Shown: positions 33,491 to 44,077 of the stretch, piece after piece
Layout of the letters: the number at the start of each line of letters is the position of its first letter
Numbering within the stretch: the stretch's first letter is position 1
From: an uncultured delta proteobacterium
GTDB taxonomy: Bacteria; Desulfobacterota; WTBG01; CAIYCZ01; CAIRTM01
Length of the DNA stretch: 64,000 nt
Direction of reading: 5' to 3'
Assembly: GCA_963804955.1 (NCBI GenBank)
Contig: CAWDSQ010000014.1
Location: forward strand, 128,001-192,000
Translations under genes and position numbers: made by a program
Notes under the pieces: model-generated
The model's input: only the letters and a program-made list of their open reading frames with translations
Told to the model about the DNA's origin: nothing
Database searches by the model: none

Positions 33491-36400
33491 TCAGGTACAT
33501 TTCAGGCAATTGATGCCCGCAAGCGGAATGCTCCGGTCAACAGGGCCGCAGAGAAAGCTGTGCAGCAGAACCTGCTGCTGCCCCAGGCAGAACTGTTCCC
33601 GCAGCCCCTCAAAACGCATGGCTCCTATGGGGCATACGCCCATGCCGGATTCGGCCTGATGGTCCATGAGCACCTGGCCGATACAGCCCGCCTCGATCAT
33701 GGCAAGCTGGGGCCCCTGGCTGCCAAAAAGCGGCTCCAGCCTGCTTAGATCAGCTATGCAGAAAATGCTGAATCCTGCTTCGGCGAAATACGAGCGGTTG
33801 CGGGGGAAATGAGCCTGGCGCAGCTCAGCTGCGCCAGCAGCGCTTATCCGGCGCAGCGTGTGGACCGCCTGATCATACAGATAGATGACCTTCCGGCACC
33901 TGTTCGACCGCCCCGGGCTGAATATGTACATACACCTGTACGGCATAAGCGCCTGAGGCCGACTCGTACAGGGCCGCATACCCGCCGTCCTGAGGCACAA
34001 GCCGCAGCAGGGCCATGAATTTTGAAAAAGCGGCAAATGCTGCGGGCCGTCGGGCAAAGCTTCGCTGCGTTGAGCGCAGCATATACTGATTATGCAGAAA
34101 GCCGGCCGGCTGCAGCGATAGCGTTTTCTGCGGCCGGAGAAATTTCCGGAGATGCGGCTGCGAGAGATGCAGCTCTTCATGCTGCTGCGGCGTTAAAACA
34201 TTGAGGCAGTCAAGAGCGCCGACAGCGACAGCCCGCAGGCAGGCCCAGTCCGGGGCAGGCCCTGTAAAATGATCGGTAAGATTGCCCTGAAAAATATCGG
34301 CAGGGCTGCCGGCGCTTTCGGCACTGCTGTCCGGCAGGCCGCCGGCCAGGCAGGCCATGAAAAGATGGGTTTCCTCAAGCTCAAAAAGATGCCGCACGCT
34401 GCCGAAATCCGTCCCGGCAAGCGGGCACAGCCCCAGTCCTGCAGCGTCCTGCCTGCTCATGAGCAGCTGCTGCATATAGCCTGCATCAAGCAGAGCGAGA
34501 GCCGGGCTCAGGCAGTCATAAACCGGTCGAAGCGCCGCCAGCTGCGCAATGAAAAATATGCAGAATCCGGCTTTTTCAAATACCGGCCGGTTGGCAGGAT
34601 GCATAATCTCCTGCGGTATGGCACCTTCGCCAACTGCCATGAGCTGATGCGTTGCGGGATGATAGTAATAAATTCCCGCCGGCACAGCCTCGACGCGGCC
34701 CGCTTTAACATAGACATAGGTCTGCACGGCATTGAGCCCGCCGGCAGAGGGGTAAAGATATTTCGGCTCGCCGCTCACGGTTTCCTGCTTGAGAAGCCCC
34801 AGCAGCCGGCTCAGGTTGCGCAGCGGCACAGGGTCTGCTGCAAAGCTGCGGCAGCAGGCACGGCTTGAGTATTCCTGCGGGGCAAAGGATACCGGCTCAA
34901 GGGCAATGACTGCCGCTCCGGACGGAGCTGCAGTCGGCCGGGTCGAACTATGTCCGGAAGCCGGCAGCACAGCTTCCACGGTCAAGGGGTTTACCGCGGG
35001 CAGCATGTCTTGCAGATACTGCGCCAGACTGCGCAGGGTCGTATGATCCAAAAAAACCTCAACCGGCACATCAATGCCGTGCTGCTCATGCAGCAGCTCG
35101 GCTATTTCGATAAGGTTAAGCGAGGTGACGCCCAGATCGAAAAAGTCCGCGTCCGGCGCTATTGAGGCGATGCGGAGCACTGATGTAAAAGCAGAGGCAA
35201 GAAAGTTCTGCTCCGCCGGTACTGATGCGACGGCAGTCTGAGCCTGCAGCACAGCAGCTGCTGAGCGTGGGGGGGCGCCGGGGGAGGAGGAGTCCCGGCG
35301 CCCACAGTTATCCGGCTTTCGGCGAATATCTGCCGCACCCGCGCTGTAACCTCGTCAAGCATGGCACTGTCGGTAAACGCCTCGACAGGCAGCACAATCT
35401 GTATTTTTCTGAGCATATCCTGAACAGCCGCAGCTTTGGCCGCCGGCGCGGCGCAACAGGCTACCGCAGCCTGTTGCGGGACGCAGGGCTCCTGAACCGG
35501 CAGCTGCCCGGCAGGGGGTGCGACCGTGGAGACGGGCAGCTGCACCCCTATAGCTGCTGCAAGGGCGGCAATGCTGGAATGGTCCAGAAAGGTTTCAACC
35601 GTCACATCCAGGCCGTGCTCTTCGTGCAGCCGCTCGGCAATCTGTATGAGGTTGAGCGACGTGACACCCAGATCAAAGAAATCGACTGTCGGCGCGATCA
35701 CGGTCACACCGAGAACTTCCCTGAAATACGCGCTCAGGACGGCAATCAGATCAACCTGCGAAGCATGCTGCGCTTCCGGCGGGGCCTGCTCCTGCGCCGC
35801 TGCCGCCTCGTTTATGGGCCAGGGCAGCTTCTTGCGGTCAAACTTGCCGTTTGCGGTAACCGGCAGATATTCAAGCGAGCACAAATATATTCGGCACCAT
35901 ATAGTCCGGCAGAAAGCGGCCGGCAAAGCTGCGCAAGTCTTTTGACGGCGGCAGTGGAGTGTCGGCCGCTGTCAAATACGCGACCAGCTTCTGATCGCCG
36001 GCAGCGCCCTGCTGCACCGCTACCACAGCCTCTTTTATTGCGTCGTGGCGCCGCAGCACCTGCTCGATTTCGCCGAGCTCGATGCGGTAGCCCCGCACCT
36101 TGACCTGAAAATCGCTGCGGCCGAGAAACTCCATGGTTCCGTCGGCAAAAAACCGCGCAAGATCGCCCGTGCGGTACATGCGTTTGTCAGGGCCCTTTTG
36201 GAAAGGGTCGGCGACAAAGCTGCGGCCGGTCAGCTCCGGCTCATTCAAATAGCCCATGCTCAGGCACTCTCCTGCAATATAGAGATTGCCGGTAACCCCC
36301 GGCGGGCAGACCTGCAAGTGCTCATCCAGAATATAGTAGCGGCTGTTCTGTATGGGCCTTCCGTAGGGAATGCTGCGCCACTGCGGCTCGACGCGGTTGA

Positions 36401-39050
36401 CGGGAAAGTAATTGGACCACACCGTTGCCTCGGTCGCTCCGCCAAGGCTCATCACCTGTGCTGCAGGAAAAATCTCCCGTAGATCATCGGGCAGGCTTAC
36501 CGGAATCCAGTCGCCGCTTAAAAATATCTGCCGCAGCTTAGTATTGGCAACAGGCCTCGGCTGCGCCTTCAGCGCCGGCACCAGCAGCTGCAGGGCTGCG
36601 GGCGCTGAATCCCAGAAAGTAATCTCCTGCGAGCAGAGGGCGCGGGCCAGCCGGGAGGCATCCCTGCGGAGGGCATCGCTTGCAATATAAATCCTGCCGC
36701 CGCAGCCAAGCATGCCGAAAATATCAAAAACCGACAGATCAAACCCGAGCGATGTGATAAACAGCACGCTGTCGTCAGGGCCGAATCCGCAGCTGCGGCA
36801 GCACCATTCAAACAGATTGGCAAACGGCTTATGCGCCACCATGACCCCTTTGGGAGCGCCCGTGCTGCCGGAAGTATAAATAACATAGGCAAGATCATCG
36901 GGGCGGTTCACGCGCGGCGGATTGCCGGTTTTTTGCGCGGCAATGACGCTGCTGGCAGCACCGTCGATACTGACAGTCTTCACGCCGGCATGCAGGCTGA
37001 GCCGGGCATGCCTCTCCTGCGACACGATCACCTTGACCCCTGCGCTGCGCACAATCGCCTGAATACGCTCTATCGGGTAGGAGGGCTCAAGAGGCACATA
37101 GGCGCCGCCGGCTTTAAGAATCGCAAGCAGTGCGGCAATCATATCATGAGAGCGGTCAAGACAAATGCCAACCAGAGAGCCGCTGCCGACGCCCTGCTGC
37201 CTGAGATGCCAGGCCAGAGCATTTGCGCGCCTGTTGAGCTCGCCATAAGAAAGGCTCGTGTCTTCATAAACAATTGCCGTACTTTGGGGCCGAACCTCCG
37301 CCTGGCGCTCAAACAGCTCATGCATGCAGACATCCCCGGCAAAGGGGGCAGCGGTCGCATTCCACGCTTCTATAATCCTGCGCTTTTCCGCTTCCGAGGC
37401 AAGCGGCAGCCGGTCAATCGGCTGATGCATGCTGCCTGCGGCGGCATGCAAAAAAACTGTCAGCTGATTTTTAAGGCTTTCGCCATAGGCCGCATCAACC
37501 ATAGCGGTATTAATGCGCAGCCGGCAGGAGCCGTCATCGGCAATCAGCAGCTCAAGGGCTGCACCGCCGGCAGGCGGCAGGCTTGAAAAATCCCGCAGAT
37601 GCCGGACCCGCACAGGCATGCTCCGGCCCGCCTGCTCCCGCAAATCGGGCTGGCGGGCGATCAGGTCGCGGGGAAAGGTGCCCGAGCGTTCAATGGCTGA
37701 GAGTTTTTCAACAGCAGCCCGGCAGCATTCCTCAAGCGGCCTGCGGGCGTCAACCGTCAGGCGCAGGGGTACACAGTCGGCAAAAAAACCTTCCAGGCCT
37801 TTAATGCTTTCCGTAAGCTTGGCCTGCCCGAAGCCCACATGAATCTCGGTTGCTCCCGAATGCCTGGCAAGAAAGGCGAAAAAGAAGGCGGCCATAAGCT
37901 GCCAGGGCTTTGCCGCGGGCACAAGCAGCAAAGCCGCCCGCAGCAGCTCCGGCTGCAGCTGCAAAGAAAAAAGCTCCTCCCCCGTGGGCTCGGCGCCCCG
38001 GCCATGCAGGCGCATGTCAGGCAGCGTCAGCGGCTGCAGGCCTCGAAGCTGTTCATGCCAGAACGGTTCATGACGGCAGGTAAAGTTATACAGCTCTGTC
38101 AGGCTATCGGCAAGCCCCGCATCGGGCTCGGTAAACCGGTAGCCGGGCCTGATGCCGCAGTCACGCTCCAGCTGCACGGCATCACAGGCGCAGCCTTCGA
38201 TTGTCGCAAGGCCGGAAAGGCGCATGTCGTGGCTGGCCGTTGCAACCGTGATGCCGTCCGCATCTGCCGCCAGCACTGTGCCGGGCGCAGCAGGTGAACT
38301 GGTGGCAAGCGCACTCAGCTTCTTTACAATGAAAAAATTGCCCCGCGCACAGATCTTCGGCACCCCGAGGGCGTTCGGGTAGGGGCCGAAATCAAGGCTG
38401 CGGACAAAAGCGTCAATTTCCTCTGCGGTGCGGTTCCAGGGAATCATGCAGCCGCGCACAGGCCGCCGGTAGCGGGCGAAATATGTGCGCTGGGAGAGAT
38501 TTTGCGGCATTTCGGCTGCGCCGCCCGCTGCCAGCTCATCGACCAGCTCCCCGAACGCTTCAAGGGCTTTCTGATAGCAGCGCATATTCAAGCTCAGCGC
38601 TGTATCTGCTGGCGACACGCTGAGCGTCTTCTGCTTGAGCACGCCTCCGGCATCTATTTTCGGAGCCATCACATGCCAGGTTATGCCATGGGTCTGCTCG
38701 CGGTTCATGATGGCCCAGGAGGTGGCATGTATGCCGCCATAGCGCGGCAGGGGCGCGTCGTGAAAATTGATGGCCATGCGGCGCGGAAGCGCCAGAACTT
38801 CGGGGGGCAGCACGGCATTGTTGACGATGCTGAACAGGTAGTCGCAGGGTCTGGCGCGCATAAAACCGTTTAAAGCCCCGGTAGGCTCATCCCAGGGTAT
38901 GCACCTGCTCTCTGCCCAGGCCCGTATGTCGGGGTTGGGGGATAGTATGCCGAGAATGCTATGCCCCCGCTCAAGCAGCTTTTCGCAGCACTGCAGGGTA
39001 AGGGTTGTTTCTCCTATCACATAGCAGCTGAAAGTACTTTTTGGGGTCAT
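33491..39050 (-). CDS. Single-module NRPS: formyltransferase, degenerate C, A (Cys-type), PCP, PCP, oxidase, oxidase; frameshifts near 35880, 35270 and 33886
   Basis: INFHDAPLPRYGG/GITWH/IDAG (F); YTSGSTGAPKG, FDLSV, SGDWIP, SLGGATE, YRTGD, NGK (A); two FFDLGVTSL; YPSAGG and YESASG SagB/nitroreductase-type domains. Confidence 0.88.
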
Positions 39051-39068
39051 TGCATACTCATACAGAGG

Positions 39069-40064
39069 TCAGTGAATGTCAGCAGGCCCGAGACCTATAC
39101 AATCAAGGGCTCGTGCAATATCGTTCCGGGTTATCGGTGTTTCTATAATTTCAAGAGCGCGCTGCCGTGTCATTTCGCCGCGGCGCACCAGCATGCTTAT
39201 TTCCGCCTCATGCTGTGAATAGCCGAACCACTCCAGCGCGAGCTTCTGGCACACGAAATTAAACAGACAGTTTGTCGAGCCTGCGGGCCAGCTGATCTCG
39301 GGCAGGGCATATCCCATATCATGGGTGATGGTCGCAAGTATGTCCGACTCTTCATAGTCCAGATAGTGAAACGGCGACAGGAGCGTCAAAGAGCCGAAGC
39401 GGCGGTGAAAATACAGGGTCAGGCTGGCAAACATCTCGGCGACGAGAGAAAATTCGGGCTTGTCTTTGACCGCCTCCAGCAATGCCGCATCAGAGGCGCG
39501 ATATATCCAGAACAGCTCCGTGCCCTTTAAAAATTCCTGCCCCTTGGTATGGCCGCTGATGAGCAGCTTTATGCCATGCTGCAGCGCAAACTGACGGATA
39601 TAATAGTCGATCAGAGCATTGCAAATGCGGCAGAAATACACCCTGCTGCCCGTTTTCAACAAATGCCGGAACAGATCCTTAATAAGGCGCGGCTTGAACG
39701 TCAGCAGATCAACACCAAGGCTGTCTGTTGCGTTTTTAACATTGCGGTACATGGCCTCAACGCAGAATCCGTTGTCGATAAAAACGGCAAGGGGCTTCAG
39801 GCCGAGCTGCTTCACAGCGATATGCAGCGACATGGTGCTGTCCTTGCCGCCGGACAGGGCGACAAGGCAATCATACGGCCCCGTGCTCGCGCCGCGCAGC
39901 GCATCGACTTTTTCCAAAAGCTCGGGCAGGCCTGCTGCCGCTGCCGGCGATTGCCCGGCCCCTGCATCGCGATGTTTTGCGCACAAATTGCACAGACCGC
40001 TTGCATCAAGCTCTATATGGCCCTCAACTTCCGGCATGATGCAGTGCGTGCATCTGTTGGGCAT
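39069..40064 (-). CDS. PP-loop (AANH) ATP pyrophosphatase, OzmP/CongE-like or N-acetyl-sugar-amidotransferase-like
   Basis: N-terminal CxxC...CxxC, DCLVALSGGKDS, FCRICN, STNC; ends 18 bp before the NRPS ATG. Confidence 0.8.
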   Translation of the reverse strand: MPNRCTHCIMPEVEGHIELDASGLCNLCAKHRDAGAGQSPAAAAGLPELLEKVDALRGASTGPYDCLVALSGGKDSTMSLHIAVKQLGLKPLAVFIDNGFCVEAMYRNVKNATDSLGVDLLTFKPRLIKDLFRHLLKTGSRVYFCRICNALIDYYIRQFALQHGIKLLISGHTKGQEFLKGTELFWIYRASDAALLEAVKDKPEFSLVAEMFASLTLYFHRRFGSLTLLSPFHYLDYEESDILATITHDMGYALPEISWPAGSTNCLFNFVCQKLALEWFGYSQHEAEISMLVRRGEMTRQRALEIIETPITRNDIARALDCIGLGPADIH

Positions 40065-40141
40065 AGTACTCCTTTGAAATGCGGTCTCCGTGTTCTGTTC
40101 CGGACTTTCAAACTATCCAGGTCTACTCAACTTTAAGGCAT

Positions 40142-40184
40142 AGCCGTGCAGGTGCCTCCCGTTACGGGAGGCATCTGCACGGCT
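40142..40184. terminator. Long hairpin separating the beta-propeller gene from the NRPS unit
   Basis: AGCCGTGCAGGTGCCTCCCG-TTA-CGGGAGGCATCTGCACGGCT. Confidence 0.55.
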
Positions 40185-40191
40185 TTAGTGT

Positions 40192-42132
40192 TTAGTTTAC
40201 ACTGAGGCCTATCACAGGCACACAAGCCTTCAGCAGGTATTTTGCCGCGCTCCCGGCTGCAGGATACCTGCCGCAGAACTCACCCATCTGGTCGCCATAG
40301 GTATAATACAGGTTGATGAACTTTTTCCCCACGCTGCTTTTTGCCAGCACCCGGTCGCGGAACAGGCGCAGGGTGTTAAGATCCTCATCATGCTTGCCCA
40401 GCATTCTCTTTGCGATGCAGGAGCCCTGGCGCGTGCCGGTGCGGGCGGTATTGCCCCGGAACATGGTCCAGGCGGCATCCTCATCATCGGGGGCATGCAG
40501 GCAGTAGACATTATTGTCCTGGCTGCCGACATACACGAGACCATGGGCCACGGCAGGCGAGGAAAAAATCGCGCCGCCTGTTTTATAATGCCAGATCAAG
40601 GTGCCCATTTCCACATCAAGGCAGTAGACATTGCCGTCAAAGCTGCCGATATAGAGATAGTCACTGGTAGTGGCAGGAGAGGAATGGACATCGAAACCGG
40701 TAGCAAACTCCCAGATTTTCTCTCCGGTCACCGTGTCCAGGCAGTACACCTTGCCGTCAAGGCTGGCAAAATACACAAAGCCTTTTGAAACAGCCGCCGA
40801 ATTATACACTATGTCGCCCGTGAGGAAATCCCATTGTTTAATGCCCGTTTCAGCGTCGATGCAGTAAAATTTGCCGTCCTTGCTGCCGACATACACATAC
40901 CCGTCCACAACCGCCGGCGACGGGGGAATATCACCCTCGGTTTGAAAATGCCAAAGCTTATCCCCTGTTTTCGCATCCAGGCAGTATAGCTTGTAATCAA
41001 CCCCGCCTACATACACGCGGCCGTCGGCAACGGCCGGGGTTGAGAAAACGTCCTGATCGGTCTGAAAATCCCACTGCTTGATGCCGGTTTCGGCGTCAAC
41101 GCAATAGACTTTGTCGTCAAAGCTCCCCACATAGACAAGGCCGTCGGCAATGGCCGGCGAGGACTGAATATTGTCGCCGGTCTCAAACTCCCAGACCTTC
41201 TCGCCCGTGGCGGCGTTCAGGCGATACAGCTTATGGTCGGCGCTGCCCACATACAGGGCATCGCCCGCTATCAGGGGGCTTGAAAGCACGCTATTGCCTG
41301 TCTGATAGCCCCAGACTTTCTCGCCCGTCTTTCTGTTCAGGCAATACACATAATTATCTGCACTGCCGATATACACATAATCGCCTTCAATGGCCGGCGA
41401 TGAGGTAATGATGCCGCCAGTATTAAAGGTCCATGCCAGACGCTCAGGGTCGCCTGCTCCTCTGATTTCCAAAGTACAGAGTGTTGTGATCGAGCCCGTG
41501 GCTGTCGTGACCGTACATTGCTGGTCCGAGGCATTGTCGGCCACCGAAATAATGGCCCTGATCTTCGTGGCATTATCGACCGTTATGCCGGCAACAGTAA
41601 TATCCGTGCAGCCGAAGGCAACTGTGGTGGTATTGTCAAATGAAGTTTCCTTACCGTTGATAATAAGCTCCACCAGGTTTCACCTCCGGTTACATAGGTG
41701 GGCTCCACACCGCCGCACCGGGGCCCGGACACGCGCTTCGTGCCGCTTTCAATATTATAATCGGTAAACAAGGTGCCGCTTACAAAAGACTCCCCCATCA
41801 TCATCCATCTCCAGGATATGCTTGTCCATTTCTTCGCCCAGCCTGGTCCCTTCGGTATAGGCGAAAGATCCGGGTAAAAAGCTAACCTGAATGATCTGAC
41901 AGAACACAGTAGGGCCGCCCGCGGTCGGCGTGGTGGTTCCCTGGGCCTGGCACAGAATATTGCCGGATGTGCCGGTCACGATATTGGTTATAACCCACAC
42001 ATAGGTCGACCCGTCGGTTTTGGTCATGTCCCAGGTGCCCAGCCACACGTCACAGTCAGTTTCAGCGGCCGAAGCTCCGCTGCCGGCCCACAGCAGGCAC
42101 AGCGCCATCATTAGCAGTTGTAGTTTTTTCAT
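40192..42132 (-). CDS. Secreted PQQ-like/BamB-type beta-propeller protein with an Ig-like domain and a CFI-box-CTERM-like tail (frameshifted near 41680-41790)
   Basis: Signal peptide; about eight SSPA.....VYVGS.D..VYCLD..TG...W.F repeats; LRLFRDRVL...GKKFINLYY. Confidence 0.82.
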
Positions 42133-42162
42133 ATGCGTCTCCTTTGCTTCTATGGTTTACCC

Positions 42163-42922
42163 TTACAGCGACTCAAGAAATAAAACCGTCGCATCGACGA
42201 TCTGCGTCATCTGATTATCCCGGCTGATCGTGGCATCTTTATCAACAGGCTTATGGTCGCCCGTGTACCAGCCGAACTGCTGGTGATTGCCGCCGTCTAT
42301 GACCACATAGACCGTATCCGCCGGCAGCATGGCCCTGGATTTCTCGATGGTCTTCGGGGGATAAATGCCGTCATTGGTGGCCGAGATGGACAGGGCCTTC
42401 ACCTCCGTCTGATCAAGCTTGTTTTTATTGGAGGGATAGGATGCCCAGAGCACCACGGCGGCGATTTCCGGCAGATGCTCTTTTGCGAATTCGCAGGCTG
42501 CAATGCCGCCCATTGAGTGCCCGCCGATCGCCCAGGTGGATATGGCGGGAAAAGCTTCCATAACCACGGCGGCGCGCTCAGGAGCCCGCAGGGCCCAGTC
42601 CTCCGGCATTTTCACCAGCACCATCATGTACCCGGCGCGGGCAATTTCGCGGGCCATGGGCGCATAGGAGCGGGCATCGCAGTTTGCGCCGCCGTAAAAA
42701 ATCAGGGCCTGTTGACGCCGGCCCGGCTTTCGGCTGAAAAATATAATAGCTGTCATTGTCCCAGGCCGCTACCGGAACATGGCTGCACAGCACATCATTG
42801 TCGCTCTGCAGCGCGGCAAGCGCCTCGGGCAATGGTTTATGGCCTTCATCCGGCTTGCACGCCGCCATGCACAAAATGACAATTATCGGCAAATAAAGAT
42901 ATAAAAAGCTGTTGTGCTTCAT
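42163..42922 (-). CDS. Alpha/beta hydrolase lipoprotein (frameshifted near 42720-42750)
   Basis: Lipobox MAAC; GHSMGG nucleophile elbow; GGNHQQFGWY. Confidence 0.85.
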
Positions 42923-43104
42923 ACGCGCTCACCCCGGTATACTGTTTTTATAACCTATCCCATTAGGGGGCTGGCCTGGCGTATTTCAGGCTGCGCCGGC
43001 AAAGGGCACTACCGGCATGTCGGCTTTTACCAGTGCGCTCGAAACCTGGAGCAAGACAGACCCCTAAGGGGATAAACTCCTGGAGCTTATTTTAAAAGCC
43101 CCAC

Positions 43105-43145
43105 ATTTGTCATCCTGAGTCCGCGGCGGACTCAGGATGACAAAT
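43105..43145. repeat. REP-like perfect palindrome (GTCATCCTGAG type)
   Basis: 20-bp arms ATTTGTCATCCTGAGTCCGC / GCGGACTCAGGATGACAAAT with a 1-nt spacer. Confidence 0.7.
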
Positions 43146-43208
43146 ACAGTATTTTTTCTTTTAAGGTTCGCTTTATAGTAGCGACGGCATGCCGCCACTG
43201 GGCCTTTT

Positions 43209-43839
43209 CTACTTACCCGCAGTGAATATGCCTATAAGGTTAAAGAACAGGCTAATGTAATCGCCCGCGCTTGGCGCCTCAATGCACAGAAATACTTCCA
43301 AAGCATTGGTGACAAAATCATAGGTTTCGATGCCCTTCAGCTTCGTGACCAGCGCTTCCCGGTCACCTGCGCCCCCTGCGTCATCAATAAGGCAGATCTG
43401 GTATTTGGTTTGCGCCGACATGATATCGGCGGCCTTGTTGGTTAAATTGATGACCATGCAGCCGGCGGAATTGCCTGAGGCCACTTCCTGTATCATCCCC
43501 ACGACAGCCATCGTCGTGCTGATGGTAGGGGAAATGGCGCATTTGGTGGCATTGTCAATGGCCTGAATCTCCTGCACATCGGCGGCATACTGCGCAACGG
43601 CAAGCTGCAGGTCCGCTTTGTTGTTTGCCAGCCCTGCAGCTAAAATATCATCCAGAAACTGTATCGTTATGGCGCTCAGCCCTGAATCATCCTCCGCGGA
43701 AATCTTCTGCTGCAGGCCTGTTATGCTACGCTGCATCAGTTTCTGACTGGAAAGACGGCTGCGCCGCATCTGCCAAAGCGGGCAAGGCTGCAAACAGAAA
43801 AAATGCTGCTGTCACGATTGCGCATACTCTTTTCACCAT
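43209..43839 (-). CDS. Hypothetical secreted helical protein (frameshifted)
   Basis: AGGAG RBS; signal peptide MVKRVCAIVTAAFFLFAALPALA joins ORF 43209-43793. Confidence 0.6.
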
Positions 43840-44042
43840 GTCTCACTCTCCTTCTTTTAGTGGTTAAACTCCCCCCTGCCATGGCTGACAGGTTCACGAA
43901 AGACACTATCCAAGAACATACTCTATTAAACAACCGGGAAGCAACAATATCCCAAAATAAAAGCTACGTCTTACGGATCCCCGCCTGCGGGCGCCGGGCA
44001 TGAGCGGCTGAAACCATCCCAGCAGCTGCACGCGCTTTTAAT

Positions 44043-44070
44043 GCCGGAGCCGCCCCGAGGCGGCTCCGGA
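44043..44070. terminator. Hairpin after the LVIVD gene
   Basis: CCGGAGCCGCC-CCGA-GGCGGCTCCGG. Confidence 0.45.
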
Positions 44071-44077
44071 TATTCTT

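Noticed and set aside
40480..41440. Roughly 120-bp periodic DNA repeats, possible CRISPR or tandem array
   Set aside because: Fully explained by the coding repeats of the PQQ-like propeller; there are no invariant direct repeats or cas genes.
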